Shown here piece by piece: positions 46,563 to 56,257 of a DNA stretch of 64,000 nucleotides (positions are counted from its first letter, which is position 1; every line of letters starts with the position of its first letter). A program made the translations under genes and the position numbers. Source of the DNA: Betaproteobacteria bacterium RIFCSPLOWO2_02_FULL_67_26 (GTDB lineage Bacteria; Pseudomonadota; Gammaproteobacteria; Burkholderiales; SG8-41); contig MERD01000071.1 of NCBI GenBank assembly GCA_001771935.1, positions 50,148-114,147 on the forward strand, read 5' to 3'. The notes beneath the pieces are model-generated. The model was not told the DNA's origin and ran no database searches. It saw only the letters and a list, made by a program, of their open reading frames with translations.

Positions 46563-48822
46563 TTTGCCTCTCCGCACGGGGATCGAGCCTGGCATAGCCG
46601 CCGATATTGCGTTTCAGGGTTTCCAGCGGGTTAGAGCCGATCCGCGAAACACCGTTCAATTCGAGTTGCACGAACAAGGTGGTCGACGCCTGCTGGGTGG
46701 CCGTGGCGAAGCGGTGCGCCACGACGCGCAGCACCCAGCAATCGCCGTTGTATTCCGCGCCGACCAGTCCCTCGAGCGTGCGGTTCTCGCGCAGCGAATA
46801 GTTCCAGCGCGCGAGCCCGGTCCAGCCTTGTCCAACCGGCCACTGCGTCGAGACATCCGTCTGGCGCAGCGCGTTGAGCGTCTCGCGGTAGCTCAGGTTG
46901 AGCACCCGTCCCGGTCGCGGCAGATAACGCGTGCCGACGTTGAATTTCTGCGTCTGCGAGAAGTCGGTGCTGTACTGCCAGCCCGCGTCCAGGGTCCAGC
47001 TCGGCGCGACGGCGCCGGAAAACGCCGCGAGCAGATCCGAGCTGGAACTGGTGCGCACCGGCGCGCCGGGCAGGGTGACGCGCTGAGTCGCAAAATAGAA
47101 ACGTTGCGCGAGCCCGGCGCGCAGCCGTTCGGACCCGGTGTCGGCGCCGATGAGGCGCGAGGTGACGCCGAGCGTCACCTGATTGGCGTCGTTGATCCGG
47201 TCCCAGCCGGAGAACTGGTTCTCGGAATAAATGGTGGCGAAATTGATGTCCTGCTGGCCACTGTCGAATACCGGTATCCGGCTCTGGTCGCGGAACGGAA
47301 TGTAGACATAGTAGAGCCGCGGCTCCAGGGTCTGCACGAAAGCCGTGCCGCCGATGGCGGCCGGCCGCTCGAACACGACGCTGCCGTCGGTGGTGAAGAC
47401 CGGCAGCGTGCGCGTCTGGTCGGGCAGGCCCGCGGCGCTCGGATCGAGGGCGTAGTGGGTAACGTTGAGGCCGAGCTTGGGCGTGATCTGGGCGTAGGCG
47501 GTCTGCAATGGCAGGCTCAGGCTCGGATACGCCAGTGTGCGGCGGCCGTTCACCAGGCTCGGATGATCGAAGCCCACGTACTGGCCCACGAAATCGAAAT
47601 CCGAATGCAGCACATCCTGGCGCGTCGCCGAGAGCGTCAGCTGCGGCTGGCGGTTATAGGGCGGCGTGATCAGCGCCTGCGGGTCGGCCTGGAGTGTCTG
47701 CCAGCGCTGCACCAGGCCGTTGAAGGTGTACGCGCCGGTTCCGGCCCAGACGCCAGTGCGGCCGAGAACGCCCTCGCGCGGCAGCAGCACCCGGGACGTG
47801 GCGGCGATCTGGGTGGACAGGTCGGTGAAATAGGTGTCGTCCGAGACCTTCTGGAGGTTCAGCCTGCCGTACCAGCCGTTTGGCAGCGTGTGGTCGTGGC
47901 GGATGAAGTAGGCGTCGCGCCGTATGCCGTCGCGCACCTTGTCCTCCGGCAGGACCTCAACGCGTGCCTCGCCGAGATAGTTCGGCTCGAGATAGCGGAA
48001 CTGGCCGTGCACCAGCACGCCGCGCCGGGTCATCACGCGCGGGGAGATGGTGGCGTCGCGGTTCGGCGCGATGTTCCAGTAGTACGGGACGGTCAGCTCC
48101 GCGCCGCCCTTGTCGGTGCTGCCATAGTGCGGCGCGAGAAAGCCGGACTTGCGTTCCTGGTGCAGCGAGAACGAAAGGTACGGCGAGTAGAAGATCGGCG
48201 TGCCCATGAACACGATGCTCGCATCGCGCGCGACGCCCAGGTCGCGGTCCTTGTCGATTGCGAGCTCGCCCGCCTTGAGGAACCAGTCGTCCTGGCCTGG
48301 CGCGCAGGAGGTGTACTCCGCGCGCTGGGCACGGTACTGGTTGGGCCCCTCGAACAGGATGCGCTCCGCGGTGCCGCGCGCGTCCGATTCGCGGAACGCC
48401 TGCCGTTGCCCGCCCGGGTCCGGGCTCTTGTGCAGCGTGTAGCGCGGGCCCTCCATGAATCCGCGGTCGGTCTCGAGGTTGTATTTCAGCCGCGCGCCTG
48501 CCACCGTGCTCAGCCCCTGCTCGATGCGCACATTGCCTTCCGCGGTAATCTCGTTCTCCAGCTTGTCGTAGCGCAGGCGATCGGCGTGCACCGCCTGTCC
48601 CCGCTTTCTCAACCGCACCTCGCCCACGGCCTCGGTTTCCCGGTCGCTGTGCCCCTGCAGCCGGTCGGCTTCAAGGAACAGCGGAACGTCTTCCTTGATC
48701 GCGGGAGGGTTCAGCACCAGCGTGGGCTGCGGCTTGAGCCGCAATCCCTGCTGCGCGCCGGCCGCGAGGGGAAACGCGCAGAGGACAGCGAAGGTGATGC
48801 GTGTTATTTCCGGCTTGTGCAT
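46534..48822 (-). CDS. lptD: LPS-assembly outer-membrane protein LptD
   Basis: 762 aa with a signal peptide and a beta-barrel-type sequence. It sits in the conserved lptD-surA-pdxA-rsmA order. Confidence 0.93.
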   Translation of the reverse strand: MHKPEITRITFAVLCAFPLAAGAQQGLRLKPQPTLVLNPPAIKEDVPLFLEADRLQGHSDRETEAVGEVRLRKRGQAVHADRLRYDKLENEITAEGNVRIEQGLSTVAGARLKYNLETDRGFMEGPRYTLHKSPDPGGQRQAFRESDARGTAERILFEGPNQYRAQRAEYTSCAPGQDDWFLKAGELAIDKDRDLGVARDASIVFMGTPIFYSPYLSFSLHQERKSGFLAPHYGSTDKGGAELTVPYYWNIAPNRDATISPRVMTRRGVLVHGQFRYLEPNYLGEARVEVLPEDKVRDGIRRDAYFIRHDHTLPNGWYGRLNLQKVSDDTYFTDLSTQIAATSRVLLPREGVLGRTGVWAGTGAYTFNGLVQRWQTLQADPQALITPPYNRQPQLTLSATRQDVLHSDFDFVGQYVGFDHPSLVNGRRTLAYPSLSLPLQTAYAQITPKLGLNVTHYALDPSAAGLPDQTRTLPVFTTDGSVVFERPAAIGGTAFVQTLEPRLYYVYIPFRDQSRIPVFDSGQQDINFATIYSENQFSGWDRINDANQVTLGVTSRLIGADTGSERLRAGLAQRFYFATQRVTLPGAPVRTSSSSDLLAAFSGAVAPSWTLDAGWQYSTDFSQTQKFNVGTRYLPRPGRVLNLSYRETLNALRQTDVSTQWPVGQGWTGLARWNYSLRENRTLEGLVGAEYNGDCWVLRVVAHRFATATQQASTTLFVQLELNGVSRIGSNPLETLKRNIGGYARLDPRAERQNESRSPYYY

Positions 48823-48843
48823 CGGGAAGGACGGCGAAGCGAG

Positions 48844-49890
48844 ATGCTAAAATCGCACAATTCAACGATCAAGGCAATCGTTTTGCCGGAATCATCCGAT
48901 CCACGCGTGGACCAGCTGCGGGAATGGCTCGCCACGCGCCTCGCGGCAAGCGCGTTCACGTTGAAGCCGGCCTCGGCCGACGCGAGTTTCCGCCGCTATT
49001 TCCGGGTGACGGCGGACGGGCGCTCGTGGATCGTGATGGACGCGCCGCCGGAGCGCGAGAACTGCCGAGCGTTCGTGCAGGTGGCGGGATTGCTGCGCGC
49101 GGCGGGCGTCAACGCGCCGCGGGTCGAGGCGCAGGATCTCGAGCGCGGCTTCCTGTTGCTCACCGATCTCGGCGATACCACGTTTCTCGCGGCCTTGAAT
49201 CCGGGGAACGCGGACCGGCTGTTCGGCGACGCGATCGAGGCGCTCCTCAAGTGGCAGCTCGCGAGCCGCGAGGGCGAGCTTCCGCCGTATGACGCGGGGC
49301 GGCTGCGGCAGGAAAGCGATCTGTTTGCCGAATGGTACGTGGCGCGGCATCTCGGCGTGACGCTGTCCAGCGCGCAGCGCGAGTCGCTGTCCCGGGTGCT
49401 CGCGCTGATCATCGCACGCAGCCTCTCGCAGCCCGCGGTGTATGTGCACCGCGACTACATGCCGCGCAACCTCATGGTGACCGAGCCCAACCCGGGGGTC
49501 ATCGATTTCCAGGATGCCGTCTACGGGCCGATCAGCTACGACGTGGTGTCGCTCACGCGCGACGCCTTCGTGAGCTGGGAGGAGGCGCGCGTGATCGACT
49601 GGACCGCGCGCTACTGGGAACAGGCGAAGCGGGCCGGCCTGCCGGTCGACCCGGACTTCGGTGCGTTCTACCGCGACTTCGAGTGGATGGGGCTGCAGCG
49701 CCACCTCAAGGTGCTGGGCATATTCGCGCGCATCCACTATCGCGACGGCAAGGGCGGGTACCTCGAGGATACACCGCGCTTCGTGAGCTACGCGCGCGCC
49801 GTCGCCGAGCGCTACCGCGAGCTCGCGCCGCTCGCGCACCTTTTCGATCAGCTGGAGCTGCGTCAGCCGGCGGTCGGACACATGTTTTGA
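48844..49890 (+). CDS. amgK: Aminoglycoside-phosphotransferase-fold kinase, probable anomeric MurNAc/GlcNAc kinase
   Basis: ATG at 48844; the track ORF start at 46339 is a shadow-frame extension. It has the APH-type HRDYMPRNLM and IDFQDA motifs and is divergent from lptD and followed by murU, as in Pseudomonas. Confidence 0.8.
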   Translation: MLKSHNSTIKAIVLPESSDPRVDQLREWLATRLAASAFTLKPASADASFRRYFRVTADGRSWIVMDAPPERENCRAFVQVAGLLRAAGVNAPRVEAQDLERGFLLLTDLGDTTFLAALNPGNADRLFGDAIEALLKWQLASREGELPPYDAGRLRQESDLFAEWYVARHLGVTLSSAQRESLSRVLALIIARSLSQPAVYVHRDYMPRNLMVTEPNPGVIDFQDAVYGPISYDVVSLTRDAFVSWEEARVIDWTARYWEQAKRAGLPVDPDFGAFYRDFEWMGLQRHLKVLGIFARIHYRDGKGGYLEDTPRFVSYARAVAERYRELAPLAHLFDQLELRQPAVGHMF

Positions 49891-49894
49891 CCGG

Positions 49895-50590
49895 GTGCCC
49901 CCCAACGTGAAAGCGATGATCCTCGCCGCCGGGCGTGGCGAGCGCATGCGCCCGCTCACGGACCGTGTGCCCAAGGCCTTGCTGCGCGCCGCCGGCCGGC
50001 CGCTGATCACGCACCTCGTCGGGCATCTGGCGCATTGCGGGTTCACCGAGCTGGTGGTCAACATTTCGCACCTCGGGCGCATGATCGAGGAGGAACTGGG
50101 CGATGGGTCGCGGCATGGCGTCCACATCAGCTATTCGCACGAAGCCCGCGCGCTGGAGACGGGAGGCGGCATCGCCCATGCGCTGCCGTTGCTCGGAGCG
50201 GCGCCCTTTGCGGTCGTCAACAGCGACATTTACAGCGATTTCGATTTCGGGCGCCTGCAGCCCGCGCTCGCTGCGCTGGCGCGGGGCGAGCGGCTTGCCC
50301 ATCTGGTGCTGGTGGACAATCCGCCGCACCACCCCGGCGGCGACTACTGCCTGAGTGCCGGAAGGGTTGCGCTCGCGGGCGAGCCACGCTTGACATTCAG
50401 CGGCATCGGGGCCTACTCACCGGCCCTGTTCACGGCGCTCCAGCGCGGCGCCCGCTGTGCGCTCGCCACGCTGCTTGCCCCGGCGATGGCCAAAAGACTC
50501 GTCACCGGCGAGCACCACCGCGGGCTGTGGATGGATATCGGCACGCCGCAGCGCCTCGCCGAGCTCGAGCGCGCGCTGGCGCCGGGCTAG
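49895..50590 (+). CDS. murU: Nucleotidyltransferase, probable MurNAc-alpha-1-phosphate uridylyltransferase
   Basis: ILAAGRGERMRPLTDRVPKALL sugar-nucleotidyltransferase motif. Possible starts are GTG 49895, GTG 49907 and ATG 49916. Confidence 0.8.
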   Translation: MPPNVKAMILAAGRGERMRPLTDRVPKALLRAAGRPLITHLVGHLAHCGFTELVVNISHLGRMIEEELGDGSRHGVHISYSHEARALETGGGIAHALPLLGAAPFAVVNSDIYSDFDFGRLQPALAALARGERLAHLVLVDNPPHHPGGDYCLSAGRVALAGEPRLTFSGIGAYSPALFTALQRGARCALATLLAPAMAKRLVTGEHHRGLWMDIGTPQRLAELERALAPG

Positions 50591-50623
50591 CGGCCGGGCG
50601 GACTTGTTTATAATCTGCGCGCG

Positions 50624-51943
50624 ATGACGAACGGCATCGACAGCGGCTGCTTCCAGCGCCGGCGCGCGCGTCTCGCGGCCGCGATGCGGTCCGGTGTTGC
50701 GATCGTGCCGACCGCGCCGGAGCGCAGCCGCAACCGCGATGCACACTACCCGTATCGCTTCGACAGCTATTTCTACTACCTCACCGGGTTCGCCGAGCCC
50801 GAGGCGGTGCTGGTGATCGTCGCTGGGGCGGCGCCGATGAGCATCCTGTTCTGCCGCGACAGGAATCCAGAGCGCGAGATCTGGGACGGCTTCCGCCATG
50901 GCCCGGAGGCGGCGCGCGCGGCGTTCGGCTTCGATGAGGCGCATTCGATCGACCGGCTCGATGCCCTGGTGCCGGAACTGCTCGCCGACCGCGACGCGCT
51001 CTATTGCCACCTCGGAGCGGACACGGCGTGGGACACCCGGGTGACGGGCTGGATCAACCGCGTGCGCGAGCGCTCGCGCAGCGGCGTCACCGCGCCGAGC
51101 GAGGTCAAGGACGTGCACGCGCTGCTCGACGAGATGCGGCTCGTCAAGGGTCCGGAAGAACTGGCCGTGATGCGGCGGGCCGCGGCGATCACCGCCGGCG
51201 CGCACCGCCGCGCCATGCGCGCGGCGCGGCCGGGGCGGGCCGAATTCGAGATCGAGGCGGAGCTGCTGCACGAGTTCCGGCGCCATGGCGCGCAGGCGCC
51301 GGCGTATAGCCCGATCGTCGCTTCGGGCAGCCGCGCCTGCGTGCTGCATTACGTGCAGAACGACGGCGTGTTGAAGGACGGCGAGCTGCTGCTGATCGAC
51401 GCCGGTTGCGAGCTCGACGGCTATGCGGCGGATCTGACGCGCACCTTCCCGGTCAGCGGCACGTTCAGCGCTCCGCAGCGCGAGGTCTACGATCTGGTGC
51501 TGGCGGCGCAGGCGGCGGCCATTGCGGCGGTGCAGCCCGGAAACCGCTGGGATGCGCCGCACCGCGCGGCGGTCAACGTGCTGGCGCAGGGATTGATCGA
51601 CCTCAAGCTGCTCTCGGGCGCGCTGGCCGGGATCGTGGAAACGGAGGCCTACAAGAAGTACTACATGCACCGCACCGGGCACTGGCTGGGGCTCGACGTG
51701 CACGACGCGGGCGAATACAAGCGCGGCGGTGAGTGGCGCTCGTTTGTCCCGGGCATGGTTCTCACGGTCGAGCCGGGCTGCTACATCCGGGCCGGTGAGG
51801 GCGTGCCGGAGCGCTTTGCTGGCATCGGGGTGCGCATCGAGGACGATGTCGTGGTGACCGATGCGGGCGCCGAAGTGCTCACGCAGGATGCCCCGAAGAG
51901 CCCCGGCGACATCGAAGCCTGGTTGCGCGCGCGCGATGCCTGA
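50624..51943 (+). CDS. pepP: Xaa-Pro aminopeptidase
   Basis: 439 aa with YPYRFDSYFYYLTGF and the pita-bread metal motifs HRTGHWLGLDVHD and VEPG. Confidence 0.93.
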   Translation: MTNGIDSGCFQRRRARLAAAMRSGVAIVPTAPERSRNRDAHYPYRFDSYFYYLTGFAEPEAVLVIVAGAAPMSILFCRDRNPEREIWDGFRHGPEAARAAFGFDEAHSIDRLDALVPELLADRDALYCHLGADTAWDTRVTGWINRVRERSRSGVTAPSEVKDVHALLDEMRLVKGPEELAVMRRAAAITAGAHRRAMRAARPGRAEFEIEAELLHEFRRHGAQAPAYSPIVASGSRACVLHYVQNDGVLKDGELLLIDAGCELDGYAADLTRTFPVSGTFSAPQREVYDLVLAAQAAAIAAVQPGNRWDAPHRAAVNVLAQGLIDLKLLSGALAGIVETEAYKKYYMHRTGHWLGLDVHDAGEYKRGGEWRSFVPGMVLTVEPGCYIRAGEGVPERFAGIGVRIEDDVVVTDAGAEVLTQDAPKSPGDIEAWLRARDA

Positions 51944-53087
51944 TTACGACGTCCTGATCGTGGGCGGCGGGCCGGTCGGCGCCGCGCTGGCACTGGCCCT
52001 GCGCGGCCGGGGCCTCGCGGTGGGCGTGCTGGAGGCGCGGACACCGCGGGCCGCGGCACGCCGGGACGCGCGCCCGATCGCGCTCTCGCACGGCAGCCGG
52101 TTGATTCTGGAGCGGCTCGGGACATGGGACCGGCTGCAACCGGCCACGGCTATCCTCCGCATCCACGTCTCGCAGCGGGGCGGCTTCGGCAGGGTCGAGC
52201 TGGGCGCTGACGAAGCCCGGCTGCCGGCGCTCGGCTACGTGGTGGACTACGACACGCTCGCCGCGGCGCTTGCCGGTGCGCTGGAGGCGGAGGGGGGGTG
52301 CCGCCTCATTCGCGCCACGGTAAGCGCGCTCGACGGCGGGCCGGAAGCGGCGCTTGCGCACTTTGACGCCGGCGCCGGACCCGAGCAATCCTCCGCTCGC
52401 CTGCTGGCCGTGGCCGACGGCGGCGCGCTGCCGTCGGCGCGGATGCAGACGCGCGATTACCACCAGACCGTGGTTACCACCCGCGTGACGAGCGCCATCC
52501 CGCACCGAAACGTTGCCTATGAGCGGTTCACCCCCGAAGGGCCGCTCGCGCTGCTGCCGATGGGCGAGGGACTTGCGGTCGTGTGGACCACGACGCCGGC
52601 GCATGCACAGCAATTGTGCGAGCTGCCCGAGGCCGCCTTTCTGGAACGGCTGCAAGACGCGTTTGGCGGACGGCTTGGCGCGTTCCGCCGCGCTGGCGCG
52701 TGCACGAGCTTCCCGCTTGCCCTTAGAGTCGCTGACCCCATTGCGAAACCGCGCGTGGTGGCGCTCGGGAATGCCGCGCAGACCCTGCACCCGGTCGCCG
52801 GTCAGGGCCTGAACCTCGGGTTGCGGGACGCCTGGGAGCTCGCCGGCACGATGCAGGCGCTGATTCCCGGGGAAATCGGCGCTGGCGCGCACCTGCGGGC
52901 CTACGGGGCACGGCGGCGCGTCGACCGCCGCGGCGGAATTGTCTTCACCGACGCGCTGGTGCGGCTGTTTTCCAACGATATTGCGCCGCTGCGGATCGTG
53001 CGCGGCCTGGGGCTCGCGGCCCTGGGCGCCGCGCCGCCGTTCAAGGACTTCGTGGTGCGGCGCATGACCTTCGGCGCGCGCGGCTGA
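51936..53087 (+). CDS. ubiH: UbiH/UbiF/VisC-family FAD-dependent ubiquinone biosynthesis hydroxylase
   Basis: ATG at 51936 (MPDYDVLIVGGGPVGAALA) overlaps the pepP stop (ATGCCTGA). It has the GNAAQTLHPVAGQGLNLGLRD motif, and pepP-ubiH synteny matches E. coli. Confidence 0.85.
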   Translation: MPDYDVLIVGGGPVGAALALALRGRGLAVGVLEARTPRAAARRDARPIALSHGSRLILERLGTWDRLQPATAILRIHVSQRGGFGRVELGADEARLPALGYVVDYDTLAAALAGALEAEGGCRLIRATVSALDGGPEAALAHFDAGAGPEQSSARLLAVADGGALPSARMQTRDYHQTVVTTRVTSAIPHRNVAYERFTPEGPLALLPMGEGLAVVWTTTPAHAQQLCELPEAAFLERLQDAFGGRLGAFRRAGACTSFPLALRVADPIAKPRVVALGNAAQTLHPVAGQGLNLGLRDAWELAGTMQALIPGEIGAGAHLRAYGARRRVDRRGGIVFTDALVRLFSNDIAPLRIVRGLGLAALGAAPPFKDFVVRRMTFGARG

Positions 53088-53329
53088 CGCGAGCCGCGCA
53101 ACGAAAAAACGTAGAGATTGTTCCGATGCGCGCCACGCGCGCGGCCGCGATTCGCGCTTTGCTCGAATTTTTTTCAATAAGTGCTTACGCCGGCAAGCAG
53201 TTTGATCTCGCGCTGGCGCATGGCCTGCCGCGCGTGTGGGTTCGCTGCAACAACGCGCGAAAAAATAAGCGCGAATCGCTTCTCTTGCGCGCTGGCAGCG
53301 ATTACAATGACGCCCTTCCCCGGAATTAA

Positions 53330-54367
53330 ATGATCAGAATCGCGGACACGGCGCGAGCGATGCACATCGGCCCGTATCAGCTCAAGAACAATCTCATCGT
53401 CGCGCCGATGGCGGGCGTCACCGACCGTCCGTTCCGGCAGCTGTGCAAGGCCATGGGCGCGGGCATGGCGGTGTCCGAGATGGTGGCGAGTAATTCGCTG
53501 CTGTGGGGCTCGGAAAAGACCCGCCGCCGCGCCAATCACGACGGCGAAGTCGACCCGATCGCGGTGCAGATCGCCGGGGCGGACCCCGGGATGCTGGCGC
53601 AGGCGGCGCGCTACAACGTCGATCAGGGCGCCCAGATCATCGACATCAATATGGGCTGCCCGGCGAAAAAGGTGTGCAACGTGATGGCGGGTTCCGCCCT
53701 GCTCAGGGACGAGCCGCTGGTCCGGCGCATTCTCGATGCGGTGGTGGCGGCGGTGCAGGTGCCGGTCACGTTGAAGATCCGCACCGGGTGGGACCGCGGG
53801 AACCGCAACGCCATCCAGATTGCCCGGACCGCGGAGCAGTCCGGCGTCAGGGCGCTCGCCATCCACGGCCGCACGCGAGCCTGCGGCTTCTCGGGCGAGG
53901 CCGAATACGAAACCATTGCGGCGGTGAAAGCCGAAGTCGGGATCCCGGTGATCGCCAACGGCGACATCTCGACCCCCGAAAGGGTGAAGAAGGTGCTGGA
54001 CTACACCCGCGCCGACGCCGTGATGATCGGGCGCGCCGCCCAGGGCCGGCCCTGGATGTTCCGGGAGATCCAGCATTACCTGCAGACCGGCGGGAGCCTG
54101 CCGCCGCCCGAGGTCGCCGAAATCCACCGGGTGCTGGTCGCGCACCTCGCCGAACTCTATGAGTTCTACGGCGAATATACCGGGGTGCGCGTCGCGCGCA
54201 AGCATATTTCCTGGTACACCAAGGGGTTGGCGGGCTCGGCCGCGTTCCGGCACGCCATGAACCGGCTCGAGACCAGCGCCGATCAGCTCCGTGCGGTGGA
54301 CGAATTTTTCACGCAGCTCGCCGAGGGCGGGCGGCGCCTGACCTATGTCGAGGAACTCGCAGCATGA
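53330..54367 (+). CDS. dusB: tRNA-dihydrouridine synthase B
   Basis: IGPYQLKNNLIVAPMAGVTDRPFR matches the DusB N-terminus. An alternative start at ATG 53360 fits the E. coli N-terminus better. Confidence 0.93.
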   Translation: MIRIADTARAMHIGPYQLKNNLIVAPMAGVTDRPFRQLCKAMGAGMAVSEMVASNSLLWGSEKTRRRANHDGEVDPIAVQIAGADPGMLAQAARYNVDQGAQIIDINMGCPAKKVCNVMAGSALLRDEPLVRRILDAVVAAVQVPVTLKIRTGWDRGNRNAIQIARTAEQSGVRALAIHGRTRACGFSGEAEYETIAAVKAEVGIPVIANGDISTPERVKKVLDYTRADAVMIGRAAQGRPWMFREIQHYLQTGGSLPPPEVAEIHRVLVAHLAELYEFYGEYTGVRVARKHISWYTKGLAGSAAFRHAMNRLETSADQLRAVDEFFTQLAEGGRRLTYVEELAA

Positions 54368-54606
54368 TGATGAACGAGAACGAAATGGCGCGCATGGTGC
54401 GCAAGGCGATCGACGGCTATTTCAGGGATCTGGACGGGGAGAAGCCGTGCGCGGTCTATGACATGGTCATCCATTGCGTCGAGAAGCCGCTGCTGGAGAG
54501 CGTGCTGCACCGGGTGCGGGGCAACCAGACCCACGCCGCGGAGATGCTGGGCATCAACCGCAACACCTTGCGCAAGAAAATGAGGGTGCACGGCATCAAG
54601 TTCTAG
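54364..54606 (+). CDS. fis: DNA-binding nucleoid protein Fis
   Basis: 80 aa with the C-terminal HTH GNQTHAAEMLGINRNTLRKKM. ATGA overlap with dusB. Confidence 0.93.
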   Translation: MMMNENEMARMVRKAIDGYFRDLDGEKPCAVYDMVIHCVEKPLLESVLHRVRGNQTHAAEMLGINRNTLRKKMRVHGIKF

Positions 54607-54686
54607 GATTGAGGATTGAGGACTGAGGATTGAGCTCTTGGCAACCGCCGGCAACTCCCTCAATCCTCAGTCCTAATTCCTCAATC
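54607..54686. repeat. Heptamer-array palindromic element (4x GAYTGAG, 24-nt spacer, 4x CTNANTC)
   Basis: GATTGAG GATTGAG GACTGAG GATTGAG (54607-34) pairs with CTCAATC CTCAGTC CTAATTC CTCAATC (54659-86) at 26 of 28 positions. Confidence 0.7.
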
Positions 54687-54694
54687 CTGCCGTC

Positions 54695-56257
54695 ATGGCT
54701 GCCATCAAGCTGGCGCTCCTCAGCGTCTCGGACAAGAGCGGCATCGTTGACTTCGCGCGCGGCCTGGCGGGTTTCGGCATTACGCTGATTTCCACCGGCG
54801 GCACGGCGAAGCTGCTGCGGGACGCCGGCCTCAAGGTGACGGAAGTCGCCGACTACACCGGCTTTCCCGAGATGCTCGACGGTCGTGTGAAAACGCTGCA
54901 CCCGAAGGTGCATGCCGGCATCCTCGCCCGGCGCGATGCGCCCGCGCACATGGCCGCGATCGGGCAGGCGGCCATTTCCCCCATCGATCTGGTGGTCGTC
55001 AATCTTTACCCTTTCGGCGCGACGGTCGACCGCCCCGGCTGCACGCTCGCCGAGGCGGTCGAAAACATCGACATCGGGGGACCCGCCATGGTGAGAAGCG
55101 CCGCCAAGAACTACGAACACGTAGCGGTGGTGACCGATCCCGCGGACTACGGCCCCGTGCTCGCCGAGCTGGGTGCGTCGAACGGCGCGCTCGGCGCGCA
55201 GACGCGCTTCCGCCTCGCGCAAAAGGCGTTTTCCCATACCGCGCAATACGATGGCGCGATCAGCAATTACCTGACCTCGCTCGATGCTGCCGGCGGTCGC
55301 ACCCGCTTCCCCCGGCGGTTGAATCTCCACTTCGAGCGGGTGCAAGCGCTGCGCTACGGGGAGAACCCCCACCAGGAGGCGGCGTTCTACCGCGATTTGC
55401 AGCCTGCGCCGGGCAGCCTCGCCACCTGCCGCCAGCTCCAGGGCAAGGAACTCTCCTACAACAACATTGCCGATGCCGATGCTGCGTGGGAGTGCGTGAA
55501 GGGCTTTCCCGCGCCTGCGTGCGTCATCGTGAAGCACGCGAACCCCTGCGGCGCCGCCGTCGACTCCCGCCCCGCCGGGGCCTATCGCAAGGCGTTCGCC
55601 ACCGATCCCACCTCGGCATTTGGCGGCATCATCGCCTTCAACCGCGAGCTCGACGCCGTGACGGCCGAAGCCGTCACGCAGCAGTTCGTCGAGGTCGTGA
55701 TCGCGCCCGGTTTCGCGCCGGAGGCGGTGCGGATACTGGCCGCCAAGGCCAACGTCCGCGTGCTGGAGGTTGCACTGGCGCCGGGCAGCAATGATCGCGA
55801 TTTCAAGCGCATCGGCGGCGGATTGCTGGTGCAGACGCCTGATGGCGCCGGCGTCGAAGCGGCCGCTCTCAAGATCGTCACCCAGGTGAAGCCCACGGAA
55901 GCGCAGGTCGCGGACCTCCTGTTCGCCTGGCGCGTGGCCCAGTTCGTGAAGTCGAACGCCATCGTGTTCTGCGGCGAGGGGCGGACGCTCGGCGTCGGCG
56001 CGGGCCAGATGAGCCGGGTCGACTCGGCGCGCATCGCCGCCATCAAGGCGCAGAACGCCAGGCTGGCGCTCCAGGGCGCGGTGGTCGCGTCGGACGCATA
56101 CTTTCCGTTCCGCGATGGCGTGGACGCGGTGGTGGCCGCGGGCGCCCGGGCCATCATCCAGCCCGGCGGCAGCGTGCGGGACGACGAAGTGATTGCTGCC
56201 GCCGACGAGCACGGCATCGCGATGGTGTTCACCGGCATCCGGCACTTCCGGCACTGA
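54695..56257 (+). CDS. purH: Bifunctional AICAR transformylase / IMP cyclohydrolase
   Basis: 520 aa with [15 protein letters not shown]...GGTAKLL...KTLHPKVH and the C-terminal FTGIRHFRH. Confidence 0.98.
   Translation: MAAIKLALLSVSDKSGIVDFARGLAGFGITLISTGGTAKLLRDAGLKVTEVADYTGFPEMLDGRVKTLHPKVHAGILARRDAPAHMAAIGQAAISPIDLVVVNLYPFGATVDRPGCTLAEAVENIDIGGPAMVRSAAKNYEHVAVVTDPADYGPVLAELGASNGALGAQTRFRLAQKAFSHTAQYDGAISNYLTSLDAAGGRTRFPRRLNLHFERVQALRYGENPHQEAAFYRDLQPAPGSLATCRQLQGKELSYNNIADADAAWECVKGFPAPACVIVKHANPCGAAVDSRPAGAYRKAFATDPTSAFGGIIAFNRELDAVTAEAVTQQFVEVVIAPGFAPEAVRILAAKANVRVLEVALAPGSNDRDFKRIGGGLLVQTPDGAGVEAAALKIVTQVKPTEAQVADLLFAWRVAQFVKSNAIVFCGEGRTLGVGAGQMSRVDSARIAAIKAQNARLALQGAVVASDAYFPFRDGVDAVVAAGARAIIQPGGSVRDDEVIAAADEHGIAMVFTGIRHFRH

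Noticed and set aside
46339-49890. This ORF and the one at 7260..10811 are both exactly 3552 nt / 1183 aa.
   Set aside because: The two translations are unrelated. The 3' part of 46339..49890 is the real amgK gene (from ATG 48844) and the rest is an open shadow frame opposite lptD, so the equal length is coincidence.
53126-53329. 67-aa ORF in the ubiH-dusB spacer.
   Set aside because: It has no RBS and unremarkable composition, and it spans the inverted-repeat and promoter region. It is most likely non-coding.
54607-54686. Heptamer tandem repeats considered as a CRISPR array or a simple microsatellite.
   Set aside because: The units are 7 nt with no spacers, and the two arrays are inverted copies of each other, so this is a palindromic repeat element. 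No cas genes are present in the window.
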